Shown: positions 1 through 9,134 of the stretch, piece by piece
How the letters are laid out: every line of letters starts with the position of its first letter
Position numbering within the stretch: position 1 is the first letter of the stretch
From: Alphaproteobacteria bacterium
GTDB lineage: Bacteria > Pseudomonadota > Alphaproteobacteria > UBA828
Length of the DNA: 64,000 nucleotides
Direction of reading: 5' to 3'
Assembly: GCA_963667785.2 (NCBI GenBank)
Contig: CAXXMU010000001.1
Coordinates: 1,101,770-1,165,769, forward strand
The notes under the pieces: generated by a model
Database searches by the model: none
Seen by the model: the letters and a program-made list of their open reading frames with translations, nothing else
What the model was told of the DNA's origin: nothing
Translations under genes and position numbers: made by a program

Positions 1-654
1 GCCGACGAGCACGGCTTCCCGCACGGGATCGTCGCCTACGCTCAGTTGGAAGAGCCGGGTGCCGAGGCGGTGCTGGAGGCCCACGCGGCGCACGCCAACA
101 TGCGCGGCATCCGCCAGATCCTGAGCTGGCACGAGAACCCCGTCTGGAGCTTCACCGAGCGCGCCGACCTGATGCAGGACGCCGCGTGGCGGCGCGGCTT
201 CGGCCTGCTGCAGAGGTTCGGCCTCTCCTTCGACATGATGATCTACTCCGGCCAACTGGGAGACGCGCTCGACCTGGCGCAGGCCTTCCCCGACACGCAG
301 ATCATCCTCAACCACACCGGCAGCCCGGCCGACCGGGACGACGACGCCATCGCCACCTGGCGCAGCGGCATGAGCGCGCTGGCCGGCGCCGCCAACGTCG
401 CGGTCAAGATCTCGGACCTCGGCGCCTACGATCACGACTGGACGACCGAGAGCACGCGTCCCTTCATCCGCCATACCATCGACGCCTTCGGGCCGGAGCG
501 CTGCATGTTCGCGAGCGACTTTCCCGTGGCCGGCATCCACGGCGGCGCGGACGCGATCTACGACTCGTTCAGGACCATCGTCGCCGACCTCGCGCCGGCC
601 GAGCAGCGCGCCCTCTTCCACGACAACGCCGTCCGCTTCTACCGGCTGGATTGA
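1..654 (+). CDS. Amidohydrolase_2 family metal-dependent hydrolase (lactonase-like), 5' partial
   Basis: Frame open from base 1 (ADEHGFPHGIVAYAQL...); motifs RGIRQIL, IILNHTG, VKISDLG, FGPERCMFASDFP. Confidence 0.85.
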   Translation, partial: ADEHGFPHGIVAYAQLEEPGAEAVLEAHAAHANMRGIRQILSWHENPVWSFTERADLMQDAAWRRGFGLLQRFGLSFDMMIYSGQLGDALDLAQAFPDTQIILNHTGSPADRDDDAIATWRSGMSALAGAANVAVKISDLGAYDHDWTTESTRPFIRHTIDAFGPERCMFASDFPVAGIHGGADAIYDSFRTIVADLAPAEQRALFHDNAVRFYRLD

Positions 655-1589
655 GCGGCGCCTCCCAGCACCTCGTCCACGAAGGCGTCGAAGAGGGCGA
701 AGACGCGCGCCCGCACCTCGTCGGTCTCCATCAGCGGCTCGTGGCGCGACGCGGGAATCGTCTCCAGACGGCAGTCGGGCAGGCGGGCGGCAAGCCGGGC
801 CTGGTCGGCGTTGGAGACGACCCGGTCGTCGGCCGCGCTGACGATCAGCACCGGCGTGGCGATCCGCTCGGGATAGCCCCGGCTGCGCAGGATCGCCACC
901 GAGCGCCGGGTGGCGGCGAGCCAGCCCACCGTCGGCCAGGCGATGGCCAGCGGCGGGTTGTCGCGCAGCAGGGTCTCCATGCGCTCGTAGCGTGCGCGGT
1001 CGCTGGTCAGCGGGTTGCCGTCGAAGGGCGGCGGGAACGGCCTCTGCACCGGCACGTAGCGGTTCCTCAGGCCGACGCTCATCGCGGCGATGGTGAGCAC
1101 CGCGCCCAAAGCCCGCCCGGCCGTGCTCATCATGATGTTCACCATGGGGGCCGACAGCGCGATGCCGGCGGCGAAATAGGGCGCCCCGGAGGGGCCGTGC
1201 TCGGCACGGTGGCGGAGCACGATGTGGCCGCCCATGGAGTGGGCCAGCACCACGATCGGCCGGGGCGCGTCGGGGATTACCAGCCGCTCCAGGAAGAGGT
1301 CGAGGTCGCGCAGGTAGTCGTCGTAGCTGACGACGTGACCCTTGCGCGACTCCTTCAGCACCCGGCCGGAGCGGCCCTGACCGCGCCAGTCCAGCGCGTA
1401 GACGGCGAAGCCGCGGGCGCTCAGGTCGGCCACCGTCTCGCCGTACTTCTCGATGAACTCCGCCCGGCCCTGCAGCAGCACCACCGAGCCGCGCACGCGG
1501 CCCGGCGGCGCGGACCAGACGGCGGTGCGAAGCGGGAGGCCGTCGTGGGCGGCAAGCGTCGCTAGCTGCGGCGCAGGCCCGGGGTGCAC
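639..1589 (-). CDS. Alpha/beta hydrolase, lysophospholipase L2 (PldB-like)
   Basis: GRAEFIEKY, DWRGQGRS, nucleophile elbow AHSMGG, C-terminal RHEPLME. Confidence 0.85.
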   Translation of the reverse strand: MHPGPAPQLATLAAHDGLPLRTAVWSAPPGRVRGSVVLLQGRAEFIEKYGETVADLSARGFAVYALDWRGQGRSGRVLKESRKGHVVSYDDYLRDLDLFLERLVIPDAPRPIVVLAHSMGGHIVLRHRAEHGPSGAPYFAAGIALSAPMVNIMMSTAGRALGAVLTIAAMSVGLRNRYVPVQRPFPPPFDGNPLTSDRARYERMETLLRDNPPLAIAWPTVGWLAATRRSVAILRSRGYPERIATPVLIVSAADDRVVSNADQARLAARLPDCRLETIPASRHEPLMETDEVRARVFALFDAFVDEVLGGAAQSSR

Positions 1590-1592
1590 GCC

Positions 1593-3002
1593 TCAGGCCT
1601 TCGACTGCGGCGCGTCGACCCCCTTGACCGGCACGAGGCCGGCCGGTGCCAGGCCCGCCATTCTGACGGTGAGGGGCCCCGGCACGCGCCCCTCGTCCTC
1701 CAGGCGCTCCTTGCGCCGGTTCGCCGCGATCACCATGCGCCCGCCGATGTAGCGCACCGGCTCACGGGGGAACAGGCCGACGCCCTCGCGCACCAGACCG
1801 CACGTCGACCACTCGTCCTTCGTGCCGAGCGCGAGGGAGGCGAGGATTTGGCCGCCGACGGAGGTGGGGCCGACGCCGTTGCCGGAGAAGCCCAGGCCGT
1901 AGAGCAGGTCATCACGGCCGTCGAGGCGGCCGAAGAAGGGCAGCCCGCTAAGGGAGCGGTCGATCGGGCCTGTCCAGCTTGTGGCGATCGGCACGTCGCC
2001 GAAGTCGGGATAGATGCGGCGGAAATACGCCTCGACCTCGGCCGCCCGTGGCGAAGGGCCGTCGAAGCGACGGTCCACCCTGTTGCCGAAGGAGAGCCGC
2101 CCGCCGCCGGTGCCGAAGGCGACGCGGCCGTCCGTGGTCGGGCGGTAATAATTCACTAAGGTCCGGGAATCCGAAATGCACATCCCGTCTTTCCAGCCAG
2201 AGGCGGCGAGTCGCTCGGGCATCGGCCGGGTCGCGACGATATCGCTCGAGATGACGACGATGGTCCGCCTGAGCTCCGGGAACATGGTGGCCCAGGCGTT
2301 CATCGCGATCACGACCTTCTCGGCCGTCAGGATTCCCCGCGGTGCCACCACGCGGGGCGGGCGGCCGCGATGAAGGCTCATCATCGGGGTTCGCTCGTAG
2401 ATGCGCACCCCCATGGAAAGCGCTGCCCGGCGCAGCCCGCGTGCCAGCAAGGCCGGCTGCACCGAGGCGCCGGTCGGCTCGTAGACGCCGGCGATGTGCC
2501 GCTCGGAGCCCGAGCGCCGCTTGACCGTCTCCGGCTCCCAGAGCTCGAAGGGATGCTGCTGGTGGCGCTCCAGGGTATCGACCAGTGCGCTCCACGATCC
2601 GACCTGAGGCGCGCTCGTCGCCGCCCACAGCCAGCCGTCGCCGCGGAAATGTGCGTCGATCCCGTTGTCGGCGCAAAAGCGCCCGATCTGGCCGACGGCA
2701 TCGGCAGACGCGCGGGCGAGGCGGATCGCCTCGTCCGATGCACAGACCTTGCAGAGCGAGCCGAACTTGGCCCACCAGCTCAGCACGAAGCCGCCGTTTC
2801 GGCCGCTCGCGCCGCTGCCGCAGACATCCTTCTCGACGATGGCGACGTCGGCGGAAGGGTCGCGCTGCTTGAGCCGGATCGCGGTCCACAGCCCGCAGTA
2901 GCCGCCGCCGACGATGCAGATGTCCGCCCGCTGGTCGCCTTCCAGCGCCGGCGCGTCGTCGTCCGGCGCGGGGCCGGCTTCGTCAAGCCAGTGGCTCAGC
3001 AT
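1593..3002 (-). CDS. FAD-dependent oxidoreductase, DAO/PuuB-like family
   Basis: IVGGGYCGLW dinucleotide fold, GASGRNGG, GFSGNGVG. Confidence 0.85.
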   Translation of the reverse strand: MLSHWLDEAGPAPDDDAPALEGDQRADICIVGGGYCGLWTAIRLKQRDPSADVAIVEKDVCGSGASGRNGGFVLSWWAKFGSLCKVCASDEAIRLARASADAVGQIGRFCADNGIDAHFRGDGWLWAATSAPQVGSWSALVDTLERHQQHPFELWEPETVKRRSGSERHIAGVYEPTGASVQPALLARGLRRAALSMGVRIYERTPMMSLHRGRPPRVVAPRGILTAEKVVIAMNAWATMFPELRRTIVVISSDIVATRPMPERLAASGWKDGMCISDSRTLVNYYRPTTDGRVAFGTGGGRLSFGNRVDRRFDGPSPRAAEVEAYFRRIYPDFGDVPIATSWTGPIDRSLSGLPFFGRLDGRDDLLYGLGFSGNGVGPTSVGGQILASLALGTKDEWSTCGLVREGVGLFPREPVRYIGGRMVIAANRRKERLEDEGRVPGPLTVRMAGLAPAGLVPVKGVDAPQSKA

Positions 3003-4416
3003 CCGCTCTCTCCTGTCGTCGACCGGCCTCCTGCTCCGCGCGCTCGCCGAAGAGCAGGGTCAGGTTGATCCGCCGGTTTGCGTAGCCGCTCCGGAAGCGT
3101 ACCCCGCCGCTCTCGTGGATCAGGCTCGAATCGAAGATCACCGCCCTGTTGCAGCGGTAGGGAACGCGCACGGGCGCCCGGCCCTCGGCTGCCACCAGCC
3201 GCTCCAACCGCGCCGGGTCGAGATTGTAGTCCGCGAATCCCCAGTCCGGCGGCGCAGCGACATCGTGCACTATCAGCCCGGCTGCCTCGGGCTCGGGGCA
3301 GGCGCTGTCGGGCGTGATCCAGAGGTTGAGATTGACGGCGGCCTTGTCCGCGTGCTTGCGCGTGCCGGCGCCTGCCTGACCATAGGAGAAGGCCCACATC
3401 TGGCTGAGCCGGTGCCGGCCCATGATGCCTTCGAGGCGCTGCTCCAGCTCGGCGGCGAGCGCGACGAGCACGGGGTGGTCGAAACCGTCGTGCAGATAGG
3501 CCCCGAGATAGAGGCCGTGCTCCTTGCAGTCGAACCAGATCGTGGCTTCGCGGCAGAAGCGCTGAAGGGCAGCGAGCGCATGCGGGCTCAGCAGGTCGTC
3601 GACGACGACCACAGCAGGGCTCGCCTCGCGGTAGCGCCGCTCGATTGCCGTGCAGTCGAGGTTGGGGTTGAGGGCGGGCGACGCGGCCTGGTCCGGCGGG
3701 CGGTGGATCACCCGGTTGTAGATGGGGCCGATCAGCCGCCTCTCTTCGGCGGTGAGCGTGCGCGGCGCCCCCGGTCGCTCCTCGCTGCCGAAGCCGGCCA
3801 GCACGCGGGCGAGGTTCTCGCGCGCTCCGGCGAGGTCGGGCGGCAGCCGGCCCGTCTCCAGCAGGTGGTCGATCTGCGCGAGGTCATGCGCGAGCTTGGC
3901 CCGCGACGCGGTGCGGAAGGTTGTCTGCTGGGCGGGGTCGAGCAGCGCCGTGCCGCTCGCCGGGTCGATCCCCCACCAGGCGGAGCCGCGATAGAGCGCA
4001 TGGCCGGCATGGAACGACCGAACGGCATCCGCGAGCCGTCCCTGGCGCTTGCACGCCACGCCGAGGTTGGTATGGGCCGCGACCGAGCCCGGCGCGAGCG
4101 CGAGCGCTTGTCGAAACGCGCCCTCCGCCGCCGCGTCGTCCCCCTGCCTGAGCGCGTGCGTGCCGAGGGTGACGTGCAGGCTCGCCTTGTCAGGCGCCAG
4201 CGCGGCGGCGGTCTCGAACGCACGGCGTGCCCGCTCGAGCGCGCCGCGATCGGCGGCGACGAGGCCGCAGACATAGTGCGCGCCGGCGTCGCGCGGATCG
4301 CGGGCGAGGACGGCGCGCCCGATCGCCTCGGCCTCTGTGCCCTTGCCCGCCCGGTAGGCCGCGAATGCCGCGCGCGAGTCGGGCCTTCGCTCAGCCGCGG
4401 CGCGCGAGCCCGTCAC
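2983..4416 (-). CDS. TPR-repeat protein with C-terminal 2OG-Fe(II) oxygenase-like domain
   Basis: N-terminal TPR-like helices (AHTNLGVA); C-terminal HAD...H(ES)...RRIN pattern matching an HxD..H triad plus 2OG-binding Arg. Confidence 0.7.
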   Translation of the reverse strand: MTGSRAAAERRPDSRAAFAAYRAGKGTEAEAIGRAVLARDPRDAGAHYVCGLVAADRGALERARRAFETAAALAPDKASLHVTLGTHALRQGDDAAAEGAFRQALALAPGSVAAHTNLGVACKRQGRLADAVRSFHAGHALYRGSAWWGIDPASGTALLDPAQQTTFRTASRAKLAHDLAQIDHLLETGRLPPDLAGARENLARVLAGFGSEERPGAPRTLTAEERRLIGPIYNRVIHRPPDQAASPALNPNLDCTAIERRYREASPAVVVVDDLLSPHALAALQRFCREATIWFDCKEHGLYLGAYLHDGFDHPVLVALAAELEQRLEGIMGRHRLSQMWAFSYGQAGAGTRKHADKAAVNLNLWITPDSACPEPEAAGLIVHDVAAPPDWGFADYNLDPARLERLVAAEGRAPVRVPYRCNRAVIFDSSLIHESGGVRFRSGYANRRINLTLLFGERAEQEAGRRQERADAEPLA

Positions 4417-6016
4417 GGTTCACCCTGAATCCCGCCGCCTCCCGATCCCAGGTGGCGGCGGTGACGCCGTCCGCGCGCAGCGCCACCTTCCGCACCTTCT
4501 GCGTCGGCGTGCGCGGCAGGTCGGCCCTGAACTCGATGAAGCGCGGGACCATGAAGTAGGGCATCTCGGCGGCGCAGTGGCGGAGCAGCGCCTCCTCGGT
4601 GAGCGCGGCGTCCGGGTTGCGCACCACCACGATCTTCACCTCGTCCTCGCCGATGTCGGCGGCGACCGCGATGGCGGCGCTCTCGGCGACGTCCGGGTGC
4701 TTGTTGACGATGCGCTCGACCTCGAACGACGAGATGTTCTCGCCGCGGCGCCGGATCGCGTCCTTCATCCGGTCGTGGAAGAAGAGGAAGCCGTTCTCGT
4801 CCATGTGGCCGCGGTCGCCGCTGTGGAACCAGAGGTTGCGGAACGCAGCCAGCGTCGCTTCCGGCAGGCCGTCATAGCCTTCCATCAGGATGTGGGGATG
4901 CCTGGCGCGCACCACGATCTCGCCCGATGTGCCGGGGGGCACCGGGCGGTCCATCTCGTCGACGATCATCACCTCGTAGTAGGGGGCGGCGCGGCCGGCG
5001 GTCCCCTTCGGCGTCGGCTCGTCCGGCCGGGTGTAGACGACGATGTTGGCCTCGGTGGAGCCGTAGCCTTCGGTCAGCTCGAGGTCGAAGCGCTCGAGGA
5101 ATTCCTCCTGCACCTCGTGCGGGTTGGGCACCGAGTAGATCATGCGCAGCGGGTTGTCCGCGTCGTCGGGTTGGCGCGGCTCGGCATAGAGCATGTGGCA
5201 GATGCCGCCGACGCCGACCGTCACGGTGACGCCGTGGGCGCGCACGTCCGGCCAGAAGCGCGCCACGCTGAAGCGCGGGCGCAGCAGCATGCGGCAGTCG
5301 GCCAGCATGGTGCCGAGCAGTATGAACTTGCCGGCGATATGGAAGAAGGGGAGGAAGTTGTAGGTCACGTCGTCCGCGCCGAGCGAGACGATCTCGTTGA
5401 AGACGACGGCGAACGAAAGCTCGAAATGGTTGTTGATGACGACGCCCTTGGAGGGCCCCGTGGTGCCCGAGGTGAACATGATGCAGGCGGTGGTGGTGGC
5501 CTCCACGGCGCGCGGCGCGTCCGCTCCGTCGCCGGTGGCCACCTCGTCCAGCGAGAGCACGACGCCCGGCAGCGCGCGACGCGTATCCTCAATGTCGCCG
5601 CCGGCGACGATGAAGGTGCCGAGGCTGGGGCAGCGGTCGGCGATCCGCGCGACCACGGGCACGAACTCGGCGTCCAGCACCATGGCGCTCGCCTGCGCGC
5701 TGCCGACGATGTGGGTGAGGATGTCGCCCCGGTAGGCGGTGTTGATCGGCACCTCGACGACGCCAAGCTTGGCGGTGGCGAACCAAGCGAAGACGTGCTC
5801 GGGCGTGTTCTGCATCATCACCGCGCAGCGGGCGCCGGGCTCGATGCCGTGCGCCGCGAGGCCCGCGGCGATCCGGTTGGCCTCCCGATTGATGGCGGCG
5901 TAGCTGTAATCCCGCCCGTCGAAATGCATCACGGGATGGTCGGGGCGTTCTGTGGCGCGCTGCTCGAGGACGCGGTGGACCAGCCACGCCTCCTGATCCC
6001 GGCCGATCGTCAGCAT
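4391..6016 (-). CDS. ATP-dependent acyl-CoA ligase, CaiC (crotonobetaine/carnitine-CoA ligase)-like
   Basis: Likely ATG at 6016 (MLTIGRDQ) inside the long 4391..7702 ORF; FTSGTTGPSKG, GYGSTE, DRMKDAIRRRGENISSFEVE. Confidence 0.85.
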   Translation of the reverse strand: MLTIGRDQEAWLVHRVLEQRATERPDHPVMHFDGRDYSYAAINREANRIAAGLAAHGIEPGARCAVMMQNTPEHVFAWFATAKLGVVEVPINTAYRGDILTHIVGSAQASAMVLDAEFVPVVARIADRCPSLGTFIVAGGDIEDTRRALPGVVLSLDEVATGDGADAPRAVEATTTACIMFTSGTTGPSKGVVINNHFELSFAVVFNEIVSLGADDVTYNFLPFFHIAGKFILLGTMLADCRMLLRPRFSVARFWPDVRAHGVTVTVGVGGICHMLYAEPRQPDDADNPLRMIYSVPNPHEVQEEFLERFDLELTEGYGSTEANIVVYTRPDEPTPKGTAGRAAPYYEVMIVDEMDRPVPPGTSGEIVVRARHPHILMEGYDGLPEATLAAFRNLWFHSGDRGHMDENGFLFFHDRMKDAIRRRGENISSFEVERIVNKHPDVAESAAIAVAADIGEDEVKIVVVRNPDAALTEEALLRHCAAEMPYFMVPRFIEFRADLPRTPTQKVRKVALRADGVTAATWDREAAGFRVNRDGLARRG

Positions 6017-6042
6017 CGCGCACCGCCCGCCGCCATGGCGCC

Positions 6043-6070
6043 AGCATGGAGGCCGCGGGCCCGTTGTCAA
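6043..6070 (-). promoter_or_regulatory. Putative sigma70 promoter of the leftward CoA-ligase operon
   Basis: Minus strand TTGACA-N16-CATGCT about 27 nt upstream of ATG 6016. Confidence 0.5.
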
Positions 6071-6102
6071 CGCCGCCGGAACGGCGCGCGCGGTTTCCCG
6101 CC

Positions 6103-6131
6103 TTGACGGCGCGATGGCTGGTTTCCATAGT
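6103..6131 (+). promoter_or_regulatory. Putative sigma70 promoter of the beta-oxidation operon
   Basis: TTGACG-N17-CATAGT upstream of RBS GAGGAG and ATG 6203. Confidence 0.55.
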
Positions 6132-6202
6132 GCTGCCGAGTGCGGCCCCGGTGCCCGGGCGGGGGGCAAGGCCGCGTATCCCGGGCAAGAGGAGCGGAGC
6201 GC

Positions 6203-7927
6203 ATGGCTGAAGGCGACGCGCAAGGTAGCGCCCATCCCTGGGAGAAATCCTATCCGTCGAACGTCGACTGGCACGCGCCGCTGCCGATGGGCGCGCTCCA
6301 CCGTCTGTTCGACGATGCCGTCGCCCGCTTCGGCGACCGGCCGGCGATCGACTTCATGGACCGGATCACCAGCTATCGGGAGCTCGGCGAGCAGGCGAAC
6401 TGCGCTGCCGAAGGGTTCCAGAAGCTCGGTGTCGGCAAGGGCACCAAGGTCGGAATCCTGCTCCCCAACTGCCCGGCCTTCGTCGCGGTCTACTACGGCG
6501 TGCTCAAGGCCGGCGGGACGGTGGTCAACGTCAATCCGCTCTACGCCATCGAGGAGATCAAGTTCCAGATCGAGGATGCGGAGGCCGACATCCTGGTCAC
6601 GCTCGATCTCTCCATCCTCTACGACAAGGCGCGCGTGGCCCTGGAGCAGACGCGGCTCAAGCATCTGGTGATCGTCTCCATGGCGGAGATGCTGCCCGGC
6701 CTCAAGCGGCTGCTCTTCCCCATCGTCAAGCGCAGCGAGATCGCCAAGATACCGCGCGATTCCAGCCATGTCCGGCTGGCCGCGCTGCTCGACAACGCCG
6801 GCAGGCCGGCGCCGGTGGAGATCGACGCGCGCGAGGACATCGCGGTGCTGCAGTACACCGGCGGCACCACCGGCACCTCCAAGGGCGCGATGCTGACCCA
6901 CGCCAACCTCAGCGCCAACGTGGTGCAGGGGGCGATGATGATGCCGGACGCCGAAGAGGGCCGCGAGGTCATGATGGGCGTGCTGCCGCTCTTCCACGTC
7001 TTCGCCATGGCCGTGGTGATGAACTTCAGCATCAGGATCGGCGCCAAGATGATCCTGCTGCCACGCTTCGAACTGGATACCGTGCTCAAGGTCGTCCACA
7101 AGAAGCGCCCGACCTTCTTCCCCGCCGTGCCGACGATCTACATCGCCATCAACGGCCATCCCGACGTCGCGGCGGGCAAGTACGACCTCTCCTCCATCAA
7201 GCTCTGCCTCTCGGGCGGCGCCTCGCTGCCGCGCGAGGTGCAGGAGAAGTTCCAGGGGATTACCGGGTGCACGCTGGTGGAGGGCTACGGGCTCAGCGAG
7301 ACTGCCCCGGTCGCGACCTGCAACCCGACCACCCCAGGCGGCAGCCGCGAAGGCTCGCTCGGCGTGCCGGTGCCCGGCACCGTGGTCGAGATCACCTCGA
7401 TCGACGAGCCGGAGACGGTGCTGCCGCAGGGCGAGATCGGCGAGATCTGCATCTCCGGCCCGCAGGTAATGAAGGGCTACTGGAAGCGCGACGACGAGAA
7501 CAAGCGCGCCTTCGCCGGCGGGCGCTTCCACACCGGCGACGTCGGCCGCATCGACGAGGACGGCTACGTCTACCTCATCGACCGGCTCAAGGAGGTCATC
7601 ATCGCCGGCGGCTACAACATCTATCCGCGTCACGTGGAAGAGGCGATCTACAAGCACCCGTCGGTGCTGGAGGTGACGGTCATCGGCGTCGACGACGCCC
7701 ACCGCCAGCAGACCGTCAAGGCATTCGTCCGGCTCAAGGAGGGCGAGACCCTGACGTCGGACGCGCTGACGGAGTTCCTCGGGGACAAGCTCTCTCCCAT
7801 CGAGATGCCCAAGCAGATCGAGTTCCGCGACGAGCTGCCCAAGACGATCATCGGCAAGCTCTCGAAGAAGGAGCTGATCGCCGAGGAGGCCGCCAAGCAG
7901 GGCGCGGCTGCCGCCGGCGCCGGTTGA
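6203..7927 (+). CDS. fadD: Long-chain fatty acid-CoA ligase
   Basis: MAEGD...HPWEKSYP start with RBS; YTGGTTGTSKG, EGYGLSET, FHTGDVG. Confidence 0.9.
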   Translation: MAEGDAQGSAHPWEKSYPSNVDWHAPLPMGALHRLFDDAVARFGDRPAIDFMDRITSYRELGEQANCAAEGFQKLGVGKGTKVGILLPNCPAFVAVYYGVLKAGGTVVNVNPLYAIEEIKFQIEDAEADILVTLDLSILYDKARVALEQTRLKHLVIVSMAEMLPGLKRLLFPIVKRSEIAKIPRDSSHVRLAALLDNAGRPAPVEIDAREDIAVLQYTGGTTGTSKGAMLTHANLSANVVQGAMMMPDAEEGREVMMGVLPLFHVFAMAVVMNFSIRIGAKMILLPRFELDTVLKVVHKKRPTFFPAVPTIYIAINGHPDVAAGKYDLSSIKLCLSGGASLPREVQEKFQGITGCTLVEGYGLSETAPVATCNPTTPGGSREGSLGVPVPGTVVEITSIDEPETVLPQGEIGEICISGPQVMKGYWKRDDENKRAFAGGRFHTGDVGRIDEDGYVYLIDRLKEVIIAGGYNIYPRHVEEAIYKHPSVLEVTVIGVDDAHRQQTVKAFVRLKEGETLTSDALTEFLGDKLSPIEMPKQIEFRDELPKTIIGKLSKKELIAEEAAKQGAAAAGAG

Positions 7928-7997
7928 GTGAGATCGGCGCTAGGCCACGACGCGACGACACGCGCACCGCATCAGACAGAGCGAGAGGCCCAGGCCC

Positions 7998-9134
7998 ATG
8001 AACAATGCCGTCATCGCCGGCTACGTCCGTTCGCCCTTTCACTTTGCCCACAAGGGCGCGCTGGTCGAGAAGCGGCCGGACGATCTCGCCGCCGAGGTCG
8101 TTCACGGCCTGCTCGCCCAGACCGGCGTCGATCCCGCCGAGATCGAGGACCTGATCATCGGCTGCGCCTTCCCCGAAGGCGAGCAGGGCTTCAACCTGGG
8201 GCGCATCGTCGCGCTGATCGCCGAGCTGCCCATCTCGGTCGCCGGCGCCACCGTCAACCGCTTCTGCGGCTCGTCCATGCAGGCGATCCACATCGCCGCC
8301 GGCGCGATCCGCATGGAGGCCGGTGAGGCGTTCATCTGCGCCGGTGTCGAATCCATGAGCCGCGTGCCCATGGGGGGCTTCAACCCGGCGCCCAACCCGG
8401 ATCTCTACGAGAAGAACGAGGGCGCCTACATGTCCATGGGCGAGACCGCGGAAAACCTCGCCCGCAAGTACCAGATCACCCGGGAGGAGCAGGAGGCGCT
8501 GGCCGTCAGCAGCCACGCCCGCGCCGCCCGGGCCTGGGACGACGGCAAGTTCGCCGGCGAGGTGATCCCCGTCGAGACCGCGGACGGCACGGTCGAGCGC
8601 GACGGCTGCATCCGCCCCGGCACCAGTGCCGAGGTGCTCGCCGGGCTCGAGCCCGCGTTCGATGCGGACGGCACGGTGACTGCCGGCACCTCGTCGCCGC
8701 TCACCGACGGCGCGGCCGCGGTGTTGGTCTGCACCGAGGAGTTCGTCGCGCGCAACGGGCTCTCGGTGCTCGCCCGCATCAAGGCCATCGCGGTCGCCGG
8801 CTGCGCGCCGGAGATCATGGGCTACGGCCCCGTCGTCTCGTCGGAGAAGGCCCTCGCCCGCGCCGGGCTGAAGGTGTCGGACATCGACGTGGTCGAGCTC
8901 AACGAGGCCTTTGCGGTGCAGGCGCTCGCCTGCGTGCGCGAGCTCTCCATCGATCTCGAGCGCATGAACATCGACGGCGGCGCCATCGCTATCGGCCACC
9001 CGCTCGGCGCCACCGGTGCGCGCATCACCGGCAAGGCGGCGCAGATCCTCCGCCGCGAGGACAAGCGCTACGCGCTCGCCACCCAGTGCATCGGCGGCGG
9101 GCAGGGCATCTCCACCGTGCTTGAGGCCGCCTGA
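7998..9134 (+). CDS. Acetyl-CoA C-acyltransferase (thiolase)
   Basis: VNRFCGSS, NEAF, GHPLGATG, CIGGGQG. Confidence 0.95.
   Translation: MNNAVIAGYVRSPFHFAHKGALVEKRPDDLAAEVVHGLLAQTGVDPAEIEDLIIGCAFPEGEQGFNLGRIVALIAELPISVAGATVNRFCGSSMQAIHIAAGAIRMEAGEAFICAGVESMSRVPMGGFNPAPNPDLYEKNEGAYMSMGETAENLARKYQITREEQEALAVSSHARAARAWDDGKFAGEVIPVETADGTVERDGCIRPGTSAEVLAGLEPAFDADGTVTAGTSSPLTDGAAAVLVCTEEFVARNGLSVLARIKAIAVAGCAPEIMGYGPVVSSEKALARAGLKVSDIDVVELNEAFAVQALACVRELSIDLERMNIDGGAIAIGHPLGATGARITGKAAQILRREDKRYALATQCIGGGQGISTVLEAA

Noticed and set aside
4391-7702. 1103-aa minus-strand ORF suggesting a giant fused ligase
   Set aside because: The first ~560 aa are the antisense shadow of fadD; the real gene starts at 6016 with its own promoter-like sequence
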